Below are positions 36,101 to 47,880 of a stretch of 64,000 bases of DNA, in pieces. The notes beneath the pieces are model-generated. The model did no database searches and had not been told where the DNA came from. It worked only from the letters and a program-made list of their open reading frames with translations. Each line of letters begins with the position of its first letter. Position 1 is the stretch's first letter. The DNA is from Anthoceros angustus (taxonomy: Eukaryota; Plantae; Anthocerotophyta), in assembly GCA_010909165.1 (NCBI GenBank), contig MU008161.1, positions 868,001 to 932,000 of the forward strand, given 5' to 3'. The translations under genes and the position numbers were made by a program.

Positions 36101-39100
36101 AGGATGGTGGAACCCAAGAGCAAGTGAAGGCCGAGGGGCAAAGGAAAGGCGGAGTCCTCGCCGGATCGAGGAAGGGAAACGCCGGGTGGAGCGAGGCCCG
36201 GTTCAAGCAGATCAAGGTTCTTCACCGTCAACAAGCTCAGAGGCCCAAGCGCGGGCGGAGGACCTTGCAGCGAAGAGGGAAGCGCAGCAGAGGCGGAAGA
36301 GGCCCGGCACAAGCAGAGAGCTCGACGGAGGCGGCCCGGCCAGAGCCAAATGGGCGAGGCCTGTAAAGGCGGAGCGGAAGTCATGTGAAGAGCGACCGGA
36401 TCACCATGACGTGATCGAACCGTGGAGAGTCACAGCAAATGAGGCTAACTCAAGGCCGTGACAGGGATGGAGTAAGGCCAAGACGGGAGATAGAGGATCT
36501 CCGAGCAACCGGAGGAGCAGGAGGAGGCGCAGCAGATGGAGGATGAAGGACACGCTGAGCTACAACCCAAGATGCGCTTGAGCAGCAGTGATTCTCAACG
36601 AGAGAATCCACGACTCGAGCACGAAATGAGTGCTCCGTCTCAAGACGGAGGAAAATCGCGACTATCCAAGGAGTTGGACGCTGCTGCTGTATGAGCCGGA
36701 GGAAGTCCGAGTCGGACGGAGGTATCCACCGCCTGAGAGGGAGTCATGAGCTAAAGGCCGAGAATGAGCGGAGGCGGAGCGCGAGCACCGGAAGCGTAAA
36801 AGAAGCCGCCGTCCACCGAGAAAGGCGGAAGGGAACGCCGCGCTATGGCGGTAAGTCGGGCATGGAAAGGAAACGACGGAGCCGGAGCAAGTGAGCAACA
36901 ATGGCCTGCAGGAGGTGACCGAGGCCGCCTTGTAGCCTCGCGTGATACACCCCTGCCCACACAACCGGGCAGGAGAGGTGGCCCAACAAGCCGGCGCAGA
37001 CTCCGGAACACTTATGGCGAGGGAGTATCGGTGCCCGCACACGTGGAAGAGGCACCAACAAGTCGATTCGGACTTTGCCTATTACCACGCCGAGCTCAAG
37101 GCGAGAAGCCTCGACGAAACCTGGACGGACCGGAAGGCTCAAGGAGATGAAGGCCACGGGACAAAGACAGTGGACCCTAGTGGCCCCTGCTTGAGATGAC
37201 GGAGCGGCGGAGAGGAGCAACCGAGGAGCAACGAGGGAGCGGATGCGATCGAGGTAAGCACCCCGCACCTCACCATGGAAGGAGGGGCCAACGGAGTCAC
37301 GATCAGGAGGACTTCGAGGAGAGCCACGAGGAGTCCCGTGAGGGAGGAAACCCGGGTGGGCGTGAGTCCGACTTTGTCCGGACTGAGGGAGGCCACAAGT
37401 CCGGACTCAAGTCCGGACCAAGTCCGGACTAATAAGTCCGACTCAAGTCCGGACTGAATAAGTCCGACTCAAGTCCGGACCTAATAACACCGAGGTCCGG
37501 ACCTGAGACAAGGTCGGACCTAGCCACGGACCTGAGCCGGACTCAAGTTCGTGAGTCGAGACAGACCTCGAGGACCGGCCGCAAGAAGGAGGAGCCCCTT
37601 CGACTTACGCTTAGGGGAGCCGAGAATGAGCGGAGGCGGAGGAGCGCGAGCACCGGAAGCGTAAAAGAAGCCGCCGTCCACCGAGAAAGGCGGAAGGGCA
37701 TGCGCTATGGCGGAAGTGGCGATGGAAAGGAAGCAGCGGAGGCGGAGGCGGAGCAACCGCAGGAGGTGACCGAGGCCGCCTTGTAGCCTCGCGTGTCTGA
37801 CCCGGTATCAAATCTGGCGGAGAGGTGGCCCAACAAGCCGGCGCAGACTCCGGAACACTTATGGCGGAGGGAGTATCGGGTGCTCGGGCACGTGGAAGAG
37901 GCAATTCAACAAGTCGATTCGGACTTTGCCTATTACCACGCCGAGCTCCGTAGAAGCCTCTCGGCGCGGCAGCGGACGGACCTGGAAGGCTCGAAGGAGA
38001 TGAAGGCCACGGGGACACAGGACCCTAGTGGCCTGTTTGAGATGACGGAGGCGGAGCAACCGGAGGAGGCGAGCAGGGAGCGGATGCGGAGGTAAGCACC
38101 CGCACCTCACCATGGAAGGAGGAGCAGAAGGCGAGGCGATCGGGAGCTGGAGGACTTGAGGAGAGCCACGGAGGTCCGTGAGGAGGAAACCGGGTGGGCG
38201 TGAGTCGGACTTTGTCCGGACCCGGAGGCCGGACCAAGTCCGGACCTCGGTGTCGTCCGGACCACAAGTCCGGACCCGTAATAAGTCCGGACCAAGTCCG
38301 GACCTAATAAGTCCGGACCACGAGGTCCGGACCCGAGGTCCGGACCCGAGGTCCGGACCAAGTCCGACTCAAGTCCGGACCGAAATAAGCCGGACTCAAG
38401 TTCGTGAGTCGAGGCAGACCTCGAGGGCCGGTGCAGCGATGGAGGAGCCCCGCCGACTTACGCTTAGGGGAGCCGATGGTGGCCCCACCGGCGGAGGAGT
38501 CCCGTGAGGGAGGCCAAGGCGAGGCCCGCGAACGACGGAGCCGGAGGACTTGAGGAGAGCCACGGAGGAGTCCCGTGAGGGAGGAAACCCGGCGTGAGTC
38601 CGACTTTGTCCTCGGGAGGCCGACCAAGTCCGGACTAATAAGTCCGGACTCAAGTCCGAGAATAAGTCCGGACTCAAGTCCGGACTAATAAGTCCGGACC
38701 AAGTCCGGACAATAACCGACCCCGAGGTCCGGACCTGAGACAAGGTCGGACCTAGCGCCGACCAGAATAAGCCGGACTCAAGTTCGTGAGTCGAGACAGA
38801 CCTCGAGGACCGGGCAAGAAGGAGGAGCCCCTTCGACTTACGCTTAGGGGAGCCGAGCCGGTGGCCCCACCGCGAAGGACCTGTGGAGGCCAGGAGGATG
38901 ACGCCGTAACGGCGTCGATCCGCCAAGAGCCCAACCCGGCTGTGATTCCGGGAGAGGAGGGCCCGCCTCACGGATCATCCGATTGGGTGCACCACAACCG
39001 CTGTGACGGGATTGACCACCCATTCCGAGGCGGGCTCCTGTGGACCTTCCCACAACAAGGGGGAGATAGGGGGATAGGGTAGGCGTCGATTAGGGTATAC

Positions 39101-41303
39101 CGAAAGCTATCACCGTAATAGGGTAATAAAGACGCCACCTTGGGCGCAGATAAGAGGGCCGAGTCGCCTAGTAAAGCATCTTTCTCTTGGTGTTGATGCG
39201 CGTTCTTGCACCTTTGTGAGTCTTCTTGCTAACGTGAGTCCCGAGTCACCGAAAGGTGCACGACGGGAGATTGATCAAGGTCCCGTGACGACTTAACGCT
39301 GTGGTGTGTGCGGGGAAGGGTGACCGTGATCCGTGCTCGAGCCGCGTCCGACACCGGATCGAACGTGAGCCGAGGAACCCGGAGGGTGTGTAGAGCCCGG
39401 ACGAGAGGCCCGCGAACGACGAGGAGGTCCGGATCACAGAATCAAGGCCTTTTCTAAGATCAAGAGTGTAGCGGAGAGGAGAGAGGAAAGGATCGATGCG
39501 TGAAGGATGGCGTGAACGATACGGACGAACGGGTCCCTAAACGCTTGGCCATACCGGCCTACGGTGAACGCTAGAGTAGTTAGGAGTATGTGTGTGTAGA
39601 CCGAACGAGCGCTAAGGACGGTAAGAATCACCGAACGCGTAAACGCCTATCATTCCCTTGGGAACTGACTTCTTCCTACACACGGATTGTGCTACCGCTG
39701 GTCATCAAGAAAAGTCTCGCCACAAAGCTCCGTAGGATCCTTAGCCTCCGAGCCGCCTCACGGATCATCCGATTGGGTGCACCACAAGCTGTCGGGGGAT
39801 TGGACCACCCATTCCGGCGGGGCCAGGACCTTCCCACGGCGAAGGAGATAGGGGGATATGGTAGGCGGCCGATTAGGGTATCTGGCTATTTCGAATAGGG
39901 GTGTAATAAAGACGCCACCTTGGGCGCGATATAAGAGGGGATGCTCTAGTAAAGCATCTTTCTCTTGGTGTTGATGCGCGTTCTTGCGGACCTTTGTGAG
40001 TCTTCTTGCTAACGTGAGTCTGAGTCCGGCGGGCACGGCGGCTCGGGAGATTGATCAAGGTCCCGGTGGCGGACTTAGCGTTGTGGTGTGTGCGGGGAAG
40101 GGTGGCGGTGATCCGTGCTCGAGCCGCGTCCGACACCGGATCGAACGTGAGCCGGAGGAACCCGGAGGGTGTGTAGAGCCCGGACGAGAGGCCCGCGAAC
40201 GACGAGGAGGTCCGGATCACAGAATCAAGGCCTTTTCTAAGATCAAGAGTGTAGCGGAGAGGAGAGAGGAAAGGATCGATGCGTGAAGGATGGCGTGAAC
40301 GATACGGACGAACGGGTCCCTAAACGCTTGGCCATACCGGCCTACGGTGAACGCTAGAGTAGTTAGGAGTATGTGTGTGTAGACCGAACGAGCGCTAAGG
40401 ACGGTAAGAATCACCGAACGCGTAAACGCCTATCATTCCCTTGGGAACGGACTTCTTCCTACACACGGATTGTGCTACCGCTGGTCATCAAGAAAAGTCT
40501 CGCCACAAAGCTCCGTAGGATCCTTAGCCTCCGAGCCGCCTCACGGATCATCCGATTGGGTGCACCACAAGCTGTCGGGGGATTGGACCACCCATTCCGG
40601 CGGGGCCAGGACCTTCCCACGGCGAAGGAGATAGGGGGATAGTGGTAGGCGGCCGATTAGGGTATCTGGCTATTTCGAATAGGGGGTGTAATAAAGACGC
40701 CACCTTGGGCGCGATATAAGAGGGGATGCTCTAGTAAAGCATCTTTCTCTTGGTGTTGATGCGCGTTCTTGCGGACCTTTGTGAGTCTTCTTGCTAACGT
40801 GAGTCTGAGTCCGGCGGGCACGGCGGCTCGGGAGATTGATCAAGGTCCCGGTGGCGGACTTAGCGTTGTGGTGTGTGCGGGGAAGGGTGGCGGTGATCCG
40901 TGTCGGAGCCGCGGTCCAGGCACCAGGAGCGTGAGCCGGAGGAACTCGGGAGGGTGTGTAGAGCCGGACGGAGGCGTGAGCAGCGGAGGAGGTCGGGGAT
41001 GCGTAACCAGCGTCTTTTCTAAGGCGAAGAGTGTAGCGTGAGAGGAGAGAGGAAAGGGCGGATCGTGAAGGATGTATGTGAGCAATCACGACTGAGCAGG
41101 TCCCTAAACGTTTATCAAGACTGTCACGGTGCGTTGTGAGTAGTTAGGAGTATGTGTGTGTCTTTGAGGCGAGCAGGCGCTAAGGGCCAGTAAGAATTAC
41201 AGAACATGATGGCAGGCCTATCATTCCCTTGGGAACGGACTTCTTCCTACAACGACACGGGATTGTGCGCGCCCGGCTGGTCATCAGCAAAAGTCTCGCC
41301 ACA
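33009..41303 (+). repeat. 3' LTR, expanded to 8.3 kb by internal duplications
   Basis: Starts TGTGGGCTATGC after the PPT. LTR end TCTCGCCACA occurs at 39724, 40507 and 41303. Palindrome arrays at ~37365-37545, ~38205-38400 and ~38595-38780. Confidence 0.8.
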
Positions 41304-44300
41304 AAGCTCCAGGGTAGGATCCTTAGCCTCCGAGTCAGTCTCAGCCTCGACACTTTCAAAAGCTAAGGCCCCCCACTTGCCCTCCAGCACTTCTCCTGGG
41401 ACCCTTAGCGCTGCACGTATGCCCTCACTCATCCCTTCCTGCACCCAAGAAAAGATGGTTCTAACATGCCTCATAGGGATAGAGAACTCCTCCTTTATCT
41501 GGACAGCAGCTTTCCAGCCATTTTCTCGGTGACACCACAAATGGCCGAGCTGATATAAGCCATGTCTAGCAGCGTTGCTCAGAATCTGCGACCTCAATGA
41601 ACGAGAAAAAAAGCTTGGTTTCCACAGCCCTGAGAAGCCCTGGAGAGGGAGGCCAAGTGCGTCGTCAATGCACCTAGGGGGTGGGTGGATCAACAAGTGC
41701 TGGACAACTAAGTAGTTGTTCCAAATTGAAGTGAACAAAGGAGAACAGCCCCTGGTGTCCAAGATAGGCTTGTCTGCCAGAATGTTGTCGATGGACCGTC
41801 ACCCGTGTGAAGCTGCTTGAACGTGGTCGAGGTGGACATTAATGAAGCTTTTCCATGGGTAGGGGGATGGGTCAGCTGCCTGGAGTACCCATTGTGAGTG
41901 CAAAGCTTGCATTTTGCTGACTGGATCAACCAACCCTAGCCCGCCCCAGGATTTGGCCTGAATAAGGTGTTGCCAGGCCACGCGGTGTAAGCTTGAGGCC
42001 ACATCGGCTGGTTTATTCCAGAGGAAATTCATGATGATTCTGCGTAGCCCCTTAAACTCCTGATCAATAGGAGCCCATAAAAATAGGTAATACCAGAGGG
42101 AAGCAGTGAGTATGTGGTTTATAACAACCAAGCGCCCTGCAAAATTCAACTCCACAAGCTGTAGCCCGCATGCCTTGCGAATAAATTTTAGACAAGCACA
42201 CTTGCCAATTGCCCCATTCTCATCCTCTTCTTGAAACGGCAGGCCTAGATACTTGTGGGAGGACGGCCTTTGCACCCTGGAAATATGACTCAAGCATTGA
42301 GGAATGTTATCCTCCATGTTCAAACACAACATCCGGGTTTTTGCCCAGTTGACCGAACATCCGGACAGCTGTCCAAAAACTTTGACCTGCATCAACATGG
42401 CTTGAAGGGAGGACACTTTGGCTAAGGAAAACAGCATGGTATCATCAGCAAAGGCTGAAATTTTCAGGGAGGAACCATCTAGGGCTGGGATGCCTACGAA
42501 ATCCGGATCCTGCTTGATAGCTCGGATTAGGAAATCTGATATAATGATGAAAAGGAAGGGAGCAAGAGGGCATCCCTGCCGCACGGAACGGTGATCCGAA
42601 ACCTGTCCGTGGAGGAGCCATTCACTAAAACTTTAGCTCCTGCATCTTCACTGAGAATAGCTACCCACCAACAAAAATTACTTCCAAAGCCAAAGTTTCT
42701 CAAGCATCTCCACAAGAAGTGCCACTCCACAGTGTTGTAAGCCTTGTAAAAATCCAGTGACAGAAGGACTGCTGGAATTTGCTGCTGAGAAATGGAAAAC
42801 TTAACCTCCCACAGCAGGAGCAAGTTGTCCAGGATGCAGCGATTCTGGATAAAACCTCTCGGTTCCTGCTCTATCCATTCGTTCATGAAGGGCTTAATTC
42901 TGTTAGCCAACACCTTGGCTGTCACCTTGTAAGTGGTAGTTAAGAGTGTTATTGGCCGCCAATTGGTGATTGATAAACAGGCATCCGGCTTAGGCAATAA
43001 TGTTATAACCCCTAGATTGAACCAGCTGCCCATAGTACCTTCCTCCCAAATAGCCTTGACAGATTTCATGAATAGAGGGTGCATAAACTCCCACCCCCAT
43101 AGAAGGAATTCGGGGGGGATACCATCATGCCCGGGAGACTTGTTCCAGGGCATATCTTTCAAGGCGATAAGGACCTCCTCTTTATTGATGGGCACATCCA
43201 ATAGAGTCCTTTGAGTCTTTGACACCTTCGCCTGAAGGTGACTGTAGTGCTTGGCCCAAAGAGATTCCCAATTAGCAGCCTTACCGAGGCTGGTGAAAAT
43301 ACCAGCGTAGAAGCATGCAATAAGTCGCTTCAGTCCCTCCAGAGATTCCTGGATCACACCAGCCGCATTTGATAGTGGGGGAATGCGGGTCTTGTGGCGA
43401 TTGGCCACCAACTTGTTAAAGAAGAATTTGGACGGACAGTCACCCTCTTTAACCCACTTGACCTTGGCCCGCTTAAACCACCCACGGGCTCGATCTTCCT
43501 CCATGTTAGCAACAGCACATTGCACTTCCATGAGCCTGGCCACCTCTCCAGATGAGAGAGAGTGTTGATCACATTGACTCTGCAAGAAACTCAGCTCCTC
43601 TCTGAGAAACTCTTCCTTTTGTCTTTGTTCTCGCTTGAGCTTGATTCCAAACCCTCGCAAGAAGCGGGTTGCCTCTCCATTAGCAGTAGCCAGCCTCTGC
43701 AATGCAGGGGCGTCCTCTTGTTCAGCAAGCAACCACAAGTTCCTAATTCTATCATATACACCGTCACACTTGAGGAGGGCTGTGTTCATTCGGAAGGATT
43801 GAAGCCCTAGCTTGCCCTTGCCTGCTGCAGGTGTGAGGTGCAGGTTAAGGCTGACAGGGTGATGATCAGATAGAATGGTCCCTGCTAGTATGCTGTAACA
43901 GCCCACTTGTGAGATCCATGGCAGGGGAATATAAAACCTGTCTAGCCACCTAGCCTTGAGATTGGTGAGTTGCTGGTTGGTCTAGCTGAAGAGTAAAGAC
44001 TCCCTCTGACGATGAGCAGGGAGAGCCACCCAAGGGTCTTGGACATGAGCACAGTGTCTCGAAGTTCTTGCCATGATAAGGGTACGGAGCGAACCTCCCC
44101 CGAGTTATCTCCTTTCATATCCTCTTGTCGCTCAACGAAGTTGAAGTCCCCTGCAAGTATCCATGGCACTATGTCATCTAGTGCTTCACTAATTCTAGTC
44201 CACAGGCGGCTGCGTTCAATCGCAGAATTGGGAGCATACACATTACAGATACCAAGGGCCCCCTTGGGCGTCTGTAACTTGACCCAAACAAACCGGCCAA

Positions 44301-44630
44301 AATCATCCTTGCCTGACTCCAGGACATGGTGGGCTTGCTCAGGATGGACTGTGATAGACAACCCTCCCCCGGTAGCTGATTCATTATCACCTAAGGTAGA
44401 TCCCCTTCCTGGCGCAGCTAATGCAGCCGACCAAACTGACCTCCCTTGGACAAAGACTCGTTTTACCCTTTGTATATGGGCTTCAAAGAGTTTATGTTCT
44501 TGAAGACATAGCACATCCCACACAATATCTTCTTGCATAAGATGACACAGCCTGCGGCATTTGGATGCTGTTTTAGACCACCCTCCTCAACCCCTCACAT
44601 TCCATGACACAATCCGAAGTTGCTCTCCCC
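41304..44630 (-). pseudogene. L1-type LINE ORF2: AP endonuclease + reverse transcriptase, with a few frameshifts/stops
   Basis: APE motifs IVSWNVRG, LCLQEHK, ICNVYAPN, WILAGDFN, LSDHHPV; RT motifs KSPGHDG, NWRPITLLTTTYK, LDFYKAY, RQGCPLAPFLF, AFADDT, KYLGLP. Confidence 0.93.
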
Positions 44631-44675
44631 TGCGATATTGCCTGATAGTGTCAACTCCCATCTATCTAGAGCTGC

Positions 44676-47375
44676 TTAATAGATTACGAACAGCTGAGGG
44701 TTTGGGGGCCTATCTAAGGACCTTGTTTGTGTGAGCACCGAAATTGGTTGCGTCCCCTCCTGCGATACTTTGAGAAGGCGTTTAGACTTCCAAACTAGAA
44801 CAAAACTGTCCATCAAAGTGATTAGGTACTTCTGTCCCGGCCGTAACTCACTCAACGGGGTGCGACCGTAGTCTCGTGACCATGGCGCATCTAAGACCCA
44901 CCTCCAGCCATTAAACAGCGGCATGATAATGGCGGAATCAGCATCCTAAAGGTGGAAGTTAGCATAAAACTTGCCCTCCCTCTCATAAACACCGCTGTAC
45001 TACTCCACGGACTTATCAATTTCCTTAGAGATGACTCCCCCACTCGTAAGCTCAGCACAAATTTTCTGATGCAATGATTTTCTCTTCTTACCGGAGATAA
45101 CCACCTGTTCCGGCTCCCCTCCAGGTTGCGAGACCTGAGCTAGAAATTGAATAGCGCCATGTAATCTCCGAGCAACCGAGATGTGCACTAAGAACTCCTT
45201 ATGGGTCGAGGTTGACTGGGTAGCCATCTCTTGACCCAACTTGTAATCTGGAGATGCCACAGCGACCTCCTCCTCGGCCCTTGCCCCCGAGTCTGCAGCC
45301 CCTGATAGTGGCCCGGGATCCAGGCCTAAACTGGATGAAAAGGGTTTGGCCAGCCTAGCCCTGTCACCAGTAGCAGCGGGCGAGAAGAAGGAGGGACTGC
45401 TGTCACCCGCTCGAGGAGTGGAAAATTCCTCATCCTCTTCACCCGATTTCATTGCGCCTGCACGTACAGAATCCTCAGCAAGGCAAGCCCGGTCAATTGC
45501 CACAATTGCAAGTCCCGGATCGTCGATTTCCATCTGCACTGCCAACGCTGGGTTCAGAAAACGCCATAGAGCTTGCTTCTAAAACTTGCACCGCTAACCC
45601 TTGTTGCAAAGCATCGCTCTGGGCACCTGTCCCTTTAGATCTCTTGTCATCTGGGGACACAACAGATTGTGCTGCAAGTTGAACTGCCTTGTTCAGGGCC
45701 TTGCGGGCCTCCAACACCGCAACGTGGTCTTGTCGCAACGAAGTCTGCGCCTGGCCGGCTGGGATGGTACCTCGACCTCGCTTCCCTAGCTTTGAGTCAG
45801 CACTAACATCCTCAACCATTGGGACAATCCCTTGCTCTGCCGTCGGACCCGGTGCGCGCTGAGCAGCAGCCCCCTCTGAACCTAACTTCTGGGGAGAAAC
45901 GGGCCGATGTGGTTCCTGGGGTGGATGGGAAGGTATGGATTCTTTCCACTGGAGCTCAATCGATCCAGGGAGCGTGATGAGGATCGGCGCAGACAGCCAA
46001 CCAAGAAACCCTAAAAGAGCCTTGAAGACTACCCTTGAGGCTAGCGTGAGCACTCCTCTCCTGAGTTTGGCATTCTTGATGAGAGCCAAGACCTGTTGCT
46101 CACTCGCCCACTGGCCCATCATATGATCTGGAATCCGGACATCCGCCCCTACCTCCATGTATGTGGTGACGTAAAGGAAGGACGATTGCTCGTCATAGCG
46201 GTGACCCACGATGCTCTGCCGAGCTTTGGTACCACAAGCAGCAACCACAGCATCGGTAAGCCCGGGTAAGCCAACCAACAATATGTCCTTGGACTTGGTT
46301 AAGGCAGCAGACCAGATAAGAGGCATGTCACACCCTACAGCTGCCCCTAGCGAGAGGGGTCGAGTGGGAATACTCCTGAGATTCTCAAATTGGGGGAGCC
46401 AAAAGTACCGAGATTGTCCCACCTGTTTTACAAGGATCAAGCAAGCTTTGATTTGTGTGTTAGGAGTGCTGGCAAACTGAGGAAAAACCGCTTGCTGAAC
46501 CTGAGTGGCCCACATATGACTCTTCGAGTTATGTCTGCACGGTCGTGTGACATATCCTTGAAATCCCGGTAATGGGCACCCTTCTTTCCCCAAGCCTCTA
46601 CCAGTATCCGTGCTAAACCGGATAGGGCACTGTTTTTTAAGGTGAGACTGGTCATCACAGACAGCACACCGTAGAGGCAAGTCCGGGTAATCAAACACTT
46701 GGGTAAATACACGAGAGGGATCGGACGGATCGCGGATGACAACTCGCGCTGGCAGCTTACTGAAATCGGATACCCGCACTCCAAACTTTGGAGGATTGGC
46801 AAGATCAAAAAAGGTTGAGTCCACCTTCGGAATGTCAACCACCCTGCCCACCATTGAAAAAATTTTCCTAACCATGGAGACGAGTTGTACTAGAAGCGCC
46901 AGTGTCGGACCACGAATTTACTGATAGTAGATTGTTGCAAAGTACAACCGGCCCGTGCCTCTAGTAGAGGAGTGCAGTCCTTGAATAAGACGTGAGTTTG
47001 CAGTAGCTTACCCGCATCTTCACTGTTGTCACATTTAATCTGGAACGTGCCATCTCCTTTCACAAAAGCATATGCAGGCTGTACGCCAAGCACTTTAGTG
47101 GCCTAGGTGTCAACCTCCTGCGTGGAGGGAGTATACCCTGACGCTAGACGGCCAACAACAAACGAAGAGGACAAAGCTGAGTCCTCCGATTCAAAGTACT
47201 TTTCTTCAGACAACACTTTTGCAAAAGGGCCAAGCTGGATACTGCCATCCCCGCTTGCCACTGGCTTAGTAGAACCCAGGCACTCCCCGGCAGAAGGAGT
47301 CTTCGTGTTGAAGTCCAGGGATTGAGGCCGAACCGGGGATTTCTCCGGTCTCCCTAAAGCGGCACCAGTACCCAC
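44676..47375 (-). pseudogene. LINE ORF1 (plant L1-type N-terminal region + CX2CX4HX4C zinc knuckle) with long C-terminal extension, disrupted
   Basis: FVVGRL...GDGTFQIKCDNSEDA...VGRVV...FDYPDLPLRCAVCDDQSHLKKQC, upstream of ORF2 on the same strand; in-frame stops and frameshifts are present. Confidence 0.8.
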
Positions 47376-47689
47376 GCTGGAGGGAGGGTTTGCAGTACGA
47401 TCTGTGACTGCTGCACTTTGTGGGAGAGCACTGAGTCTGTGGCCTCCCCGCCGAGCAAAGGAGCCCCGGTGCGGGGCCCTGTGCCATCATGAGATGTTCG
47501 ACCACGCTGCGCTATCCCGCTTGCCGACCGCAAGAGAGTGTGTGTCCACAAAGTTGAGTTTTGAAGAAGTAAGATTCAAACTTAGAACCTCCTCATTACT
47601 ACACCTTTTTCCCAACCACTTCACCAACATTTCCAAGTTCCTAGACTTATGAGCCGCTAAATATTGATTTTCTTAAAGACAGCCTATGA

Positions 47690-47880
47690 GGAGCCCATGG
47701 AGAGGGCGCCGGCCCGGCCACCGGCGCCCATGGGCGGCATGGCGTGTTGGGAGGGGCGGCCCGCGCCCCATCAAGGTGGTGTGCTAGGGGAGGCGCCTGG
47801 CCGGGCGGCGCCCATGGCGGTGTGCTAGGGAGGCGCCGGGCGGCGCCCATGGGCAGTGTGCTAGGGAGGCGACGGCCGGC
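47690..47880. repeat. GC-rich repeat/hairpin units (GCTAGGGAGGCGCC..., GGCGCCCATGG), continuing at 51477-51590
   Basis: GTGCTAGGGAGGCG recurs three times. Complete palindrome GCTAAGGAAGGGCGCCGGCCGGCCGGCGCCCTCCCTTAGC at ~51544-51583. Confidence 0.7.

Larger units (their letters stand above)
7704..41303 (+). mobile_element. Ty3/Gypsy (non-chromovirus, Athila/Tat-superclade-like) LTR retrotransposon, tandem three-LTR/two-internal structure
   Basis: LTRs begin TGTGGGC (7704, 31771, 33009; ~21928 with the leading TG collapsed) and end GCCACA (16374, 26250, 41303). PPT before the internal LTR starts, PBS after the first two LTR ends, and gag-PR-RT-RH-IN order. Confidence 0.9.

Noticed and set aside
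7900-41200. Numerous short minus-strand ORFs as antisense genes
   Set aside because: They are shadows of GC-rich plus-strand coding-like sequence, with no recognisable motifs or consistent boundaries between copies.
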